DNA of 64,000 nt from Calditrichia bacterium (lineage in GTDB: Bacteria; Calditrichota; Calditrichia; JAJRVZ01): positions 32,001-96,000 of the forward strand of contig CAWCNS010000007.1 in assembly GCA_963796965.1 (NCBI GenBank), in the 5' to 3' direction. A program made the translations under genes and the position numbers. Positions 42,287-53,361 of this stretch are shown here, in pieces (within the stretch, counting starts at the first letter, position 1; each line of letters begins with the position of its first letter). Under the pieces are notes generated by a model. The model did no database searches and was not told where the DNA came from. It saw only the letters and a list, made by a program, of their open reading frames with translations.

Positions 42287-43465
42287 ATGAGAAATTATTT
42301 ACTTTTCATACTGATCATAACTTTCCTATCCACACCATTATGGTCCCAGCCGGTTCATGAAGAACAACTGATTTTTCCCATGCAGGGAAAGCATGTACAT
42401 GGAAGCAGTATCATTGAATTGCCCAATGGGGATTTTCTGGCCTGCTGGTTTCATGGATCAGGTGAACGTCGTGCTAAGGATGTGTTAATTCAGGGCGCCA
42501 GGTTAAAGAAAGGCGAAAAGTCCTGGAGCAAGGTTTTCCTTATGGCGGATACACCCAATTTACCGGACTGTAATCCTGTTCTGTTTCTCGATAACGATGA
42601 GCGACTGTGGATGTTTTGGATTGTTGTCCAGGCTGAGCGATGGGAACGTTCCTTGTTGAAATACAAAAGGTCGATTGATTACAATTCCGAAGGTGCACCC
42701 AATTGGGAATGGCAGGATTTTATACTTTTCCAACCGGGAGATGAATTTGTAGAAGCGATGAAAAAGGCGTCAAGACGATTAAGTTCCCATGAACCCATGT
42801 GGTCTGAATATGCGCAACCCTATGGACGAATGCTTGTTGAAGCGGCACATGATCCTGTGAAGCGTCAGGCCGGCTGGATGACCCGGATCCATCCGCTTGT
42901 CTTACCATCAGGGAGAATATTACTACCATTATATTCGGATGGATATAATGTATCCCTGGCTGCGATTAGTGACGATAATGGTGAAAACTGGCGTGCCAGT
43001 TTGCCGATTATAGGATTCGGACCCATTCAACCCACATTTGTTCGGAAAAAGAGTGGTACAATCGTCTCCTATATGCGTGATTCCGGAACGCTCCCTCAAA
43101 GGGTTATGATGAGCGTTTCTGAAGATGATGGAGAATCCTGGTCATTTGCAAAGGATACCGATATCCCAAATCCCGGCTCAAGTCTGGAAGCAATCGCTTT
43201 GAAAAACGGATTATGGTTAATGGTATACAATGATACGGAAGATGGGCGGCATAGCCTTGCTTTATCTCTTTCTGACGATGAAGGTAGAAGCTGGAAATGG
43301 ACACGGCATGTGGAAAAAGTGGACAAAGGTAAGGGTTCTTTTGCCTATCCTTCTATTATCCAGGCGGATAACGGGGATATCCATCTCACTTATTCTCATG
43401 AACTGGGTAAAAGAAAAGCCATAAAGCATGTTCGGTTTAATGTGGATTGGATTAAAGAGAAATAA
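42287..43465 (+). CDS. BNR-repeat sialidase-like beta-propeller, secreted
   Basis: HVHGSSI, CWFHGSGER, Asp boxes SDDNGENW, SEDDGESW, SDDEGRSW; FAYP. Confidence 0.85.
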   Translation: MRNYLLFILIITFLSTPLWSQPVHEEQLIFPMQGKHVHGSSIIELPNGDFLACWFHGSGERRAKDVLIQGARLKKGEKSWSKVFLMADTPNLPDCNPVLFLDNDERLWMFWIVVQAERWERSLLKYKRSIDYNSEGAPNWEWQDFILFQPGDEFVEAMKKASRRLSSHEPMWSEYAQPYGRMLVEAAHDPVKRQAGWMTRIHPLVLPSGRILLPLYSDGYNVSLAAISDDNGENWRASLPIIGFGPIQPTFVRKKSGTIVSYMRDSGTLPQRVMMSVSEDDGESWSFAKDTDIPNPGSSLEAIALKNGLWLMVYNDTEDGRHSLALSLSDDEGRSWKWTRHVEKVDKGKGSFAYPSIIQADNGDIHLTYSHELGKRKAIKHVRFNVDWIKEK

Positions 43466-43558
43466 TGCCCAATGTCAAAATCCAAATGACAAATCAATAA
43501 TCAATATGGAATTTTCAATTGTATGAAATGTGAAATGAAAACTTGTACTATTGAAAAA

Positions 43559-43612
43559 TGTCATCCCGTCCCGGAACGGGATCGCGCTTCGGGATAGGGA
43601 TCTTCCTGCTTG
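43559..43612. repeat. Family-C element left half
   Basis: tgtcatcccgtcccggaacgggatcgcgcttcgggatagggatcttcc, near-identical to 35878. Confidence 0.85.
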
Positions 43613-43882
43613 TAAGCAATTATCTCGCATGTCTGGAAGGCCTTCATTGCAATACGGACCCGTGTGTCCGCTTTAATAAAAGGGCGTGAAATACTTAATA
43701 TCCCATATTAAAATCCAAAGGAAAAATGAACTCCCAATTCCCAATTCCAAATTCCCAAACTGAATATTTAACATTAGGATTTGGAGATTTATTGGAGTTT
43801 TGGATTTAGAGATTGGGATTTCCGGGGTGAGAGAAAGCTCAATTTTTCAGATAATTAAAATTGAATAGACTCACCCCGGGGT

Positions 43883-43911
43883 TTGCCTTCTATATAAAAA
43901 TTTCTTATTAT
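43883..43911 (+). promoter_or_regulatory. Candidate sigma70 promoter of the TonB receptor operon
   Basis: TTGCCT-17nt-TATTAT. Confidence 0.5.
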
Positions 43912-44045
43912 ACAGAAAACGTGATCATAAATGAAGTTTCGATCACTGCTTACCCGGAGACAACTATTGGTTACACTGAGGTAATCTTTTAAAAATTTCC
44001 ATCCTTTCATTTCAATACATAATGCTACACATGGGAGATCAACGT

Positions 44046-47001
44046 ATGAAAAAATGCGTAAATGTTCCGTCCTTTGTCACTTCAATCCTGATTTTTATAA
44101 TAACCTCTAGCGCCGTCTTTGGTGGTACCACAGGAAAAATTCGTGGTACGGTAACCGATGCCAGGACAAAAGAACCCTTACCCGGTGTCAATGTAATTAT
44201 TCAGGGTACGCAGATGGGTGCGGCAGCTGATATTAACGGTGAATATATCATATTATTGGCACCACCGGGTACGCACACGCTTGAAGCACACATGGTAGGA
44301 TATAAAACTGAAATAGTTCGTGGTGTTCGTGTGAGCGTTGATAGAACCATTGAAGTAAATATTGATCTGGAAGAATCAATACTTGAGAGCGAGACTGTCG
44401 TTGTGACGGCAGAGCGTGATCTGATTAAGTTGGATGTCTCCACTTCAGAATCAGCTTATACAAAAGATGCCATGGAAAGCACACCCTTTTACAGCCGTAC
44501 GGAAGATATGGTCGCCATGTCTGCGGGGGTTACAGGGAATCTCTTACAGGGTGAATTAAACATTCGTCAGGGAGAAACGCATGAATCGGGTATGATGGTC
44601 GATGGCTACAATACATCCGATGCAAAATTTAACCGGCCGGTTTTTACGGTATCTCCAGGTGCGGTGCAGGAAATACAAGTAATTCGTGGGGGATACAACG
44701 CGGAATATGGTGATGCACAATCAGGAATGGTTAATATTGTTACCTCAGATCCTGCAGATGAATTTCATGTCTCTGTTGATTATCAGATGTTGCTACCCAG
44801 TCAGCGCCATGGCGGGACCAATAAGTATGATCCTAAGAGCATGTGGATGTACGACCTCTATGATGGTCCAAATTCTATGGACTCAACTTTTATGGTCCGG
44901 TATGAAGGAATAACGCCCGATACGGCGAAATGGGAAGGATGGAATTCATATGCTGAAAACAAATTAGATTCTACATGGACGCCGGACGAGGCGCGTGAAT
45001 TATGGCGCTGGCGCCACCGCCCGGTAGAATATGGAACAGAAGTAGGACATAATCTCGATCTGACCTTGAGTGGAGGGCTGGGTTTTATGCCCTGGCAATC
45101 TAATCTTATGGTGAGTTTTAAATACGAGAACCGCCCCTTTAATTTTCCGGGAACTAGTAGATAATTATCTTGAAGGAGATGTTTCCGTAAAATGGGTAAA
45201 TAATTTTAATCCAAATCTCAGATTAACATTAACCGGTCTATATTCAGATATAGAAACTGTCACAGAAGGGAGTTCATCCAGTTCCTGGTCCACCGAGGAT
45301 AGACTCTCATATAGTGGTGGTGGTTTTGATTATTCATGGGCTTTTTATCCATTTAGAAGACCACTTAATTCGCGCATTGCCAGCCTCATAGGGGCAAGGT
45401 TGCTATATATTTTTGATGCAAAGCGTTTTATCGAAACAGATATCAGTTATTTTGGTACCCGGTGGGATGTCCGCAGGGGACCGGAAGCCACAGTAGATCA
45501 GGGACGATATTTTAATAACCAACTCTTCCTCGATCCGCAATCCGGTTGGATGCCTAAGGCATTGGGTGCACCTGATAATGTTTCCCGTTTCAATATGTAT
45601 GGCGGAGGGACAACATCTGACAACTCCCATGGATACCGATATTCGTTTAAAGTTAATTATGTCGATCAGTTCCATCCCGCCCATGAGTTCAAAACAGGGA
45701 TTGATTTCAGATATAATGATCTTCTGGAAGACCGAATGAAATTTCAGGATGATGATTTAGCCAAACCATTTTCCTATTATTTCCATGTGTATCCGATCCA
45801 ATTCAGTGCTTATCTTCAGGATAAGATTGAATTTGAGGGCATGATTGCCACGATTGGTTTACGTTGGGATTATTATAATGTCAATACGACGCGCGCCGAT
45901 ATCGATTCTGTATTAATCTACCCTACCAACTCTGCTGCCGTAGATGCTTACCTTAACGGAGAATTCCCAACTGTACGGTCACCGGCAATAAATTATCTAA
46001 GTCCGCGCATTGGTGTTTCTTTTCCACTGACAGAAACCAGTAAAGTCTATTTCAACTTTGGCCATTTTGTACAGCCTCCCAATAATGAAGCCTTATATTC
46101 AACACAATTGAACCTTACACCGGGAACCGAAAGACGTATCCAATTCCTGGGAAATACTAAAATGAGATTTATGAAATCAATCAACTATGAAATTGGGTAT
46201 GATCAGAACCTGTTTGGTTTCTGCCAACTCCATGTCGGAGCATTTTACAAAGATTATTCTGATGGCCAGAATGGTATGGTCTGGGCTCATATAGATCAGA
46301 GTTTGGTTACGGAATGGGCGTCAAACCGCCAATACAAAGAGATCAGCGGAATAGATATTGAGTTAAGAAGATCAGCAGGAAAATATTTTATGGGATTTCT
46401 CAATTTCAATCTAACTAAAAAGAGCATCAGTGATTTGCAAATACCAGGATTGAGCGATATCCCTATCATTACTGATACACCCAGTTTAGGGGTAAATGGT
46501 GAACTTAAAGGGGTACCGCGTCCTTTGACAGATGAAATCACCCCTTATGCAAGGGGCGTTTTGACCTTTATGGGCCCGGAAGGTTGGGGGCCAAGGATAG
46601 CCGATTATCCCATTTTGCAAAAAACCAGGTTAAGCCTGAGCCTATTTTACTTTGGAGCGGAATTAAGAGAACATCCCGATGGCTCCTTCAGGGAGAATAA
46701 TCCTGATGTAAAATTTTATTCAATTCCCTACTTTACTTCGAACTTCAGAATATCCCGTAACTTCGATATTATGGGAGATGCCCAGTTTGAACTATATCTG
46801 GATGTAAGTAATTTGTTTGTCTCTAAATATCGAAATATTGGTGGAAGCGATTATTACAATGATCTATATAATAATGGAAATACGGATAAAGTTGGTTCGG
46901 AAGATGCTGTGACAGATAAACGTATCCTCCGAACGCAATCCGATGATATCTATCGTGGCAATTATAGTCTGTTTATATTGGGTATGCGTTTTCTGTTGTA
47001 A
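44046..47001 (+). CDS. TonB-dependent receptor with N-terminal CarboxypepD_reg-like domain (frameshift near 45150)
   Basis: GTTGKIRGTVTD..EPLPGVNV, GGYNAEYGDAQSG, YLQDKIEFEG, SPRIGVSFP, YFNFGHF; 45153-45399 is open in the frame of ORF 45400..47001. Confidence 0.9.
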
Positions 47002-47049
47002 TTATGGCAATAAAGCAGTGTTAGATAAAGATCTCTATTTTGGAGGAAA

Positions 47050-49154
47050 ATGATGCAAAATAGATTCAAATATGTTATAACGATAGCATTTCCTATTCTC
47101 TTGTTTCTTCTGAGCGGGATCATGGTTGCCCAGGATCAATCGACAGGAACAAGGAGTCATGAAATTGGCATGCTTTGGGAAACGATGTTTGAGACGGGTT
47201 CTCTCCCTACATACGCTCCTCTGCAGGATCAGATGACCTATCCCGGTGGAGATTTTGACAATATGACCCGAAAAAATATGGCCGGACGTGGGTTGTGGAT
47301 TGGTGTCTCGAACTGGACAAACAAAGACAATACACCCTACCCGACCTATGTATCTGCCGGCGGTTTTGAAAACAATGCTGCTTCCGGCTTTACATTTAAG
47401 ATTTCCAACAAAAAGAGGGTGCGCAATCGCCTGCCGATTGTGATTGTTAATGATGTAGCGGAGGTTCGTCTTTTGGACGGACGTGGTTTAAGTACGAAGT
47501 CATCTTCTATCCCCGCAGATGAAAGGATTGAAACAATCTGGTCAACTAATGTAGGTATAAGGGTGCGGATGCGCAGTCATGCCTATGCCAATCATAATCA
47601 TAATAGTTATATCATCAAGGAGTATTTGTTTACGAATGATGGCAATGCTGATGGTGATGATACGACCATCGAACTACCAGGTCAAAATCTGACCGGTGTT
47701 TATTTTGGCTTTCAATATTATTTTATTCCCAGTGGAGACAGGGGGTATGTAGAAGTTAATCAGCATGATGACTGGGCAGCTTATTATGGTAATTCGCCGG
47801 GAGACACCTTACGCGGGCTTTTTTATCTTTATGATGGCAATTCTAATGTGCGTAGTTCGTCAGATGATGTAGGTGATCCGGAAGAAATTAGTGGTGAGTT
47901 TCTTTCACCTCAGTACCCCGGTTTTGGCGTTCTGCATGCAGATGTGTCAACAGTCGATCAAAGTGATGATCCCAATCAACCTTCTACCGTTACGATAAAG
48001 CCTCGCAGCACTTTTGCACAACCCTTAGCGCCTCCAATTGGTAATGATGATATGTATACGGAACTAAGATTAGGACAACAATTTAAGGGGAGTACAGAGG
48101 ATAGGGCTGCACATCCCTATGATAGTAATGTTATTGAGCCGGTAGGTTTATTATCATTTGGACCCTACGATATACCTTTTGGCGAGTCCATTAATATCGT
48201 TGTATATGATGTGGTAGGCGCCCTGTCCGTCAGAGAATGTATCAATGCAGGCAGGGACTGGAAAAACGGTAATCTTGAATGGAATGGGCTCAGCGGTGAT
48301 GCAGGCTAAGAACGCCCTGGTGGGCAACGGGTAAGGATTCTCTTTTTAAACATGCGAAGGCAGCGGAATATGCCTGGAGTATAGGCATGGAAGATATCCC
48401 CGATCCACCTCCAACACCGGATAATTTTAATTTAATTACGGGTCCGGGTCGAATCGAACTTTCCTGGGATTCCGTCGAAGATGCAAAAGATCCTGATACC
48501 GGTGAACTTGATTTTGCCGGTTACCGTGTGTATCGTGCAGAAGGTAAGATAACAAATCTTTACTCAAAAATTTGGGAATGTGGGGGTAATAGCGGCATTG
48601 ACGTGCAAAATTTTTATCATGATGAAGCGGTAGAAAGGGGAAAATTCTATTTTTATGCTGTCACAGCCTTTGATGATGGTACGCAGAATACAACAGGATT
48701 ATATCCAGGGCAACCGCTAGAGTCCAGTGTTTATTATAATCGGAACTATCAATATGCTGCCGAATCAATTGTGGGAGCGTTCCCGACCCTCGACTCTATT
48801 TATGTTGTTCCAAATCCCTACCATATTAGAGGTCTTGCATTTGGTGGAGGGGGAAATTTAAATCCCACGTATTATCCTATGCCGGAGATTATAGATAAAA
48901 TATCTTTCTTTGGATTACCTTATAAAGCGACATCAGAATTTTTACCATGAGTGGGAATTTGGTGCAAACAATCCATCATCCTAATCCTGAAAATTCCAAC
49001 TCTGTCCCGGGCGCAGCCGATGAAGCCTGGTTTAATATCAGTCAGAGTCTATCAAATTATAAAAAGTGGTGTTTATATTTACCATGTTGAAGGATGGGAT
49101 AAAAACGGCAAGGCACTCGGCTCAGCCACAGGAAAATTTGTTATTATACGCTGA
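47050..49154 (+). CDS. Secreted protein with FN3-like domain and T9SS-like C-terminal domain (frameshifts ~48305-48325, ~48930, ~49045)
   Basis: Signal peptide; reconstructed KNALVATGKDSLF, PDPPPTP, GYRVYR, IYVVPNPY, IRIFTMSGNLVQTI, SGVYIYHV, GKFVIIR. Confidence 0.75.
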
Positions 49155-49347
49155 ATTACTTTAAATACAAAGGACACAAAGATCACACAGTTTTTTCAAG
49201 TAAAAAGTTAAAAGGAAAAAGTAAAAAACCGCCTGCAAATTATAAAATACTTTTGCCCTTAGGCCATTAGTTTTTCCTTAAATTTTCAGTGAACTTTGTG
49301 GTTCATAAAAATATTTGATCATAAGTTTCAATTTTGTGGAGATTGAA

Positions 49348-50378
49348 ATGAAGAATACCTTATTCAGGTTCGGTTTAATATTACTCATCATCATGGCATT
49401 TACCTCCGTGTCTAATGCGCAAATGAAGAAGGTGGGGCAAGCGGGGATGACCTATCTTAGCATTTCCTTGGGTGCCAGAGAAAGTGCAATGGGTGATGCC
49501 AGCGTGGCAAGTGTGCGTGGTATACAGGGGATGTTTTACAATCAAGCCACTCTAACACAAATCGAGCAATTTGCGGTTATTGTAAATTCCGTGAACTGGC
49601 TGGCTGATACCAAGATTTACGGAGTTGCGGCTGCTTATAGTTTTGGACAATATGGTACTATAGGCCTGGATTTGGTATACATGGACTATGGGGATATCAT
49701 CGGAACACAGCGGGTTGACGCATCTGTTGATTCGCGTGGTTTTATCACAACGGGCAATGTGAATGTCGAAGATTATGCTGTTGGAATTGCTTATGCTTAT
49801 CCGGTAAGCGCAAAATTCTCTTTTGGTGGAAAAATTAAAATTGTCCATGAAAATTTAGGTGACGTTCCAATTGCTGTTGGCTGGGTGGATATAGCGGCAG
49901 ATATACCTAAGTATGAAGATAGGAATTGGGGTATGAATAGTGGGGTTTTGATGTAGGCGCCTACTATGATATAGGATATAAAACGATGAAATTTGCTGCA
50001 GCCATGCAAAACTATTCCGGTGATATGACCTATTGGTCAGAAGCTTTTGCCATGCCCATGTCCATACGATTTGGATTAGCTATGGATATTGCTGAAATCT
50101 GGAATCCGGACAATGAGGATCTAAATGTGAATGTCGCTATAGATGGTATAAATCCGGTTGACTATACAGGTAGGGTGAATGTTGGTGCGGAGGTAGAATA
50201 TTTACAGGTATTTGCTGTAAGAGGAGGTTTTCAATCTAACCAGGATGTTTTCGACTTTAGCCTGGGTTTTGGAATTAAATATGATATCGGGGGATATGCC
50301 GGTGCGCTCGATTATGCCTATAGTAACACGAAATATTTTAATGCTGTTAACCGTTTTAGTCTCAATTTTTCCTTTTAG
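49348..50378 (+). CDS. PorV/PorQ family outer-membrane barrel (frameshift near 49938)
   Basis: GQAGMTYLSI..GARESAMG, FYNQA, WGFDVG, DYAY, RFSLNFSF. Confidence 0.85.
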
Positions 50379-50440
50379 TGGCAAATGTCACAACTCTTAG
50401 GTTAAGCATGTACTAAATTGGTGTTCGATACTCATTAATA

Positions 50441-50510
50441 TTTTGGATTTTAGAATTTGGATTTTAGATTTCTTTCTTAATCCAAAATGCGCAATCCGAA
50501 ATCCAAAATT
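50441..50510. repeat. Inverted heptamer repeats (TTTGGAT / ATCCAAA)
   Basis: ttttggattttagaatttggattttagattt paired with aatccaaaatgcgcaatccgaaatccaaaat. Confidence 0.8.
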
Positions 50511-50599
50511 TAATTACATGTATCCAGTCCGTTTGCATAAATTATATATTATTCTTATACTTATGGTTAAACAATTAAACTGATTTGGAGGAAACAATT

Positions 50600-51769
50600 A
50601 TGAAGTTAAGTTACAAAGTTTTTATGGTCTTTTTTAGTATGCTGTTTCTGGTTTCTTTATCCATGGGCCAGGAAATAGGTGAGGTCATGTGGCAGGATCT
50701 TTTTGACGATGCCGAGAATGATTTTTTGCTCAATAATGTAGGCTGGTTATATTTTGGTGAAGAAGATGATTTGATTGGCCAGGAGGTTGGCCAGACGGAA
50801 GATGGAAAAGGCTGGTTCAAAAACGGTATCTTCAACACAATTATTGGAGGATCAATTATAGAATCAAACGGTGTTGATTATATTGATCCGGAAGATTTTG
50901 ATGGGTCAATCGACCGGGTAAAAGTACAAAATAATAATATTAGTCCTAATCAGGACATCACCTTCCAGGTTAATTTTAAAAAATATACTGTAGTAGAAGG
51001 TGGGACCTATCCCATGGGTACTTTTTTTCTCTGTGGTACGCGGATGTTCAATCCGGATACCAGTAGAGGCTATGGTGATCCCATTGCGGATTCCACCTAT
51101 ATACTCTATATAAGTCCACTTACCGACCAGGTCAATGTGGCCAAATTATCAGGAGATTTAGTTATTTTAAATCCTGCACTATGGACTTATTGGGCAGAAG
51201 CGGCAACCTTTGATTTTGATCTGGATGTCTGGTACTGGGTTGAATTTTATCTGTTTGAAGGTGAATTAAAAGTGAAAATATGGGAGGGTGATTTCGCTGA
51301 TGGGGCTGAAGAAGATTGGCTGCTCGAAGTAACCGATCCGGAACCCTGGGTACGTGGAACTTTTACTGAGTTCGGTATGTTAGGAGATCCTCTGGAAAAC
51401 GGGGATGAGACATTACTTGATGATGTGGTAGTTCGCGAGGTAACAGGCGGTGCCAGTGCTATTGATGATGGTGGCATAGACGTTGTTCCTACCGAGTTCG
51501 CTTTAGGTGCAAATTATCCTAATCCTTTTAATCCGGAAACGACTATCGAATTTAGCCTGGATAAAACGGATGACGTCACTTTAAAAGTGTATTCAATTAC
51601 GGGGCAATTGGTTAGAACTTTGGCTAATAGTGCTTTTGAAGCCGGAAGCCATCAGCTCAGATTCAATGGACGCGATGATTTAGGCAACCTGCTCTCCAGC
51701 GGTGTTTATTTTTATCAGTTACAAAGTGCCGGTCAAATCGCTACTAATAAAATGATCCTGATGAAATAA
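50600..51769 (+). CDS. Acidic secreted protein with T9SS type A / FlgD-Ig C-terminal domain
   Basis: Signal peptide; FALGANYPNPFNPETTI, VYSITGQLVRTL, SSGVYFYQL, KMILMK. Confidence 0.9.
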   Translation: MKLSYKVFMVFFSMLFLVSLSMGQEIGEVMWQDLFDDAENDFLLNNVGWLYFGEEDDLIGQEVGQTEDGKGWFKNGIFNTIIGGSIIESNGVDYIDPEDFDGSIDRVKVQNNNISPNQDITFQVNFKKYTVVEGGTYPMGTFFLCGTRMFNPDTSRGYGDPIADSTYILYISPLTDQVNVAKLSGDLVILNPALWTYWAEAATFDFDLDVWYWVEFYLFEGELKVKIWEGDFADGAEEDWLLEVTDPEPWVRGTFTEFGMLGDPLENGDETLLDDVVVREVTGGASAIDDGGIDVVPTEFALGANYPNPFNPETTIEFSLDKTDDVTLKVYSITGQLVRTLANSAFEAGSHQLRFNGRDDLGNLLSSGVYFYQLQSAGQIATNKMILMK

Positions 51770-51859
51770 TCTCGATCATAGGTAAGTTTCTTTAAAGCAG
51801 GATTTGCAGTATAAAGAGTTAAAATAAATCCTGTTATGGATTCAAAAAATAAGTAAATT

Positions 51860-51895
51860 AATGGCATCGGATTTTATGATCTGATGCCATTTTTA
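51860..51895 (+). terminator. Rho-independent terminator
   Basis: aatggcatcgga...tctgatgccatt followed by T-run. Confidence 0.75.
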
Positions 51896-51917
51896 TTTAA
51901 ATTAAATACATTACTTT

Positions 51918-52073
51918 AACCGCAATGACGCTAATCCCGATAAATAAATCTCCATCCTAGGGAAATATCGGGATGAAATCGTCCATGATTTCAGAAACGC
52001 AAAGATCGCAAGGAAATAATTGATTAATTCTTTCCTTTGCGTGCTTTGCGAAAACTTTGCGTCTCTGCGTTTA
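51918..52073. repeat. Family-A inverted pair with 62-bp insert (51934-51995)
   Basis: aaccgcaatgacgcta[insert]aacgcaaagatcgcaagg paired with ctttgcgtgctttgcg..ctttgcgtctctgcgtt. Confidence 0.8.
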
Positions 52074-52097
52074 AATACTATTTTCCGAGGAGAGAAA

Positions 52098-53240
52098 ATG
52101 CTTCAAAAATTATTTCTAATACTTGTCCTTTTAGTAGTTGTCTCTTGCAGTACATCCACCGATCAAAAACAAGAAATTAAAAATGGTTATGTGGAGAAGA
52201 TTGGAAGCGGTGAAGATGAGATTACAGTAGTTGTTGTAAAAGGCACGCCTTTTGAGATGGGGCAGGCTTTAGGGATGCTATTAAAAGAAGATATCAACCG
52301 AACTTTGACAGCATTTCTAAATTTAGCACAGACCGGAGATCCCGATCGTTTTAACAATGAAAATCTTGATGCTGCCTGGATTGCTGTTTCGCCCTATACC
52401 CATCCCCGTTTCAAAGAGGAGTTAGAGGGGATGGCCAATGGTTCCGGTTTGTCACTTGAAACACTCCGCCGTGCTCACATGGTTCCTGTATTGGGGGATT
52501 ATGCTTGCAGCGGTGTAATTGTCTGGGGCGATGCAAGTGCCAATGGACATCTTTATCAGATAAGAAATCTTGATTTTACCATGAATGGTCATTTACAGGA
52601 TGCTCCTACTATCGTTATTTATTTGCCAAAAGAAGGTATTGCCCATGCTGTTCCTACATTTGCCGGTTATATCGGTGCCCATGCAGGAATGAATGCAAAG
52701 GGAATTGCTCTTAGTGAAAAAGGCGCTTCACCAGGTAAAGATTATCCTTTCGATATGGATGGCACGCACTTTTCTACTCTTTTTAGAGATATTCTCTATG
52801 AGGCAAATAACCTTGATGAAGCTTTGGGAATGGTTCAGTCTACAAAATTAATCAAAAGATATCGTTTCTGGATAGGAGACGGAAAAGAAGAAACAATGGG
52901 TGGCGCCAAAATTCTTGTTTCATCACCAGATGAAGTTAAACTTACGATCTGGAAAAATAATGATCCCTCAGATGAAGTGGCACCTAACCTGGTGAAGAAT
53001 ACTATCTATTATACAATGAAAAATGAAATCGCCTATAACCATTTAAAGCAAAACCGAGGCAGTTATAATGCAGATAAAATGATTGCCTTATCGCGTGCTG
53101 TTGCCGATGATGACGGAAATCTGATAAATGTTGTTTATGATGCAACAAGCCTGGAAATGTGGGTAGCATTTGCAGAAGATTTGCAGATAGCCAGCCAGCG
53201 TCCGTATGTCCATCTGGACCTGAAAGAGTATTTAAAGTAG
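52098..53240 (+). CDS. C45 family Ntn-hydrolase/acyltransferase, lipoprotein
   Basis: GTPFEMG, EELEGMANG, autoproteolytic ACSG, RNLDF, GMNAKGI. Confidence 0.85.
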   Translation: MLQKLFLILVLLVVVSCSTSTDQKQEIKNGYVEKIGSGEDEITVVVVKGTPFEMGQALGMLLKEDINRTLTAFLNLAQTGDPDRFNNENLDAAWIAVSPYTHPRFKEELEGMANGSGLSLETLRRAHMVPVLGDYACSGVIVWGDASANGHLYQIRNLDFTMNGHLQDAPTIVIYLPKEGIAHAVPTFAGYIGAHAGMNAKGIALSEKGASPGKDYPFDMDGTHFSTLFRDILYEANNLDEALGMVQSTKLIKRYRFWIGDGKEETMGGAKILVSSPDEVKLTIWKNNDPSDEVAPNLVKNTIYYTMKNEIAYNHLKQNRGSYNADKMIALSRAVADDDGNLINVVYDATSLEMWVAFAEDLQIASQRPYVHLDLKEYLK

Positions 53241-53361
53241 AGTGGGATAAGGTAAAGGGAAAAAGGAAAAGGGCAAAAAGATACCACTGAAAATATTTTT
53301 TATTGCTTTCCTCTGCGTCGTCGCGTCGCTGCGAGAGATATGAAACTATAAAGGAGTTAAA

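Noticed and set aside
52020..52097. N-terminal ORF extensions (also at 30063, 6093, 24655, 42248) and small ORFs over repeats (16222, 16376, 17874, 35877)
   Set aside because: These translate repeat arms or overlap upstream genes; better RBS-linked starts lie downstream
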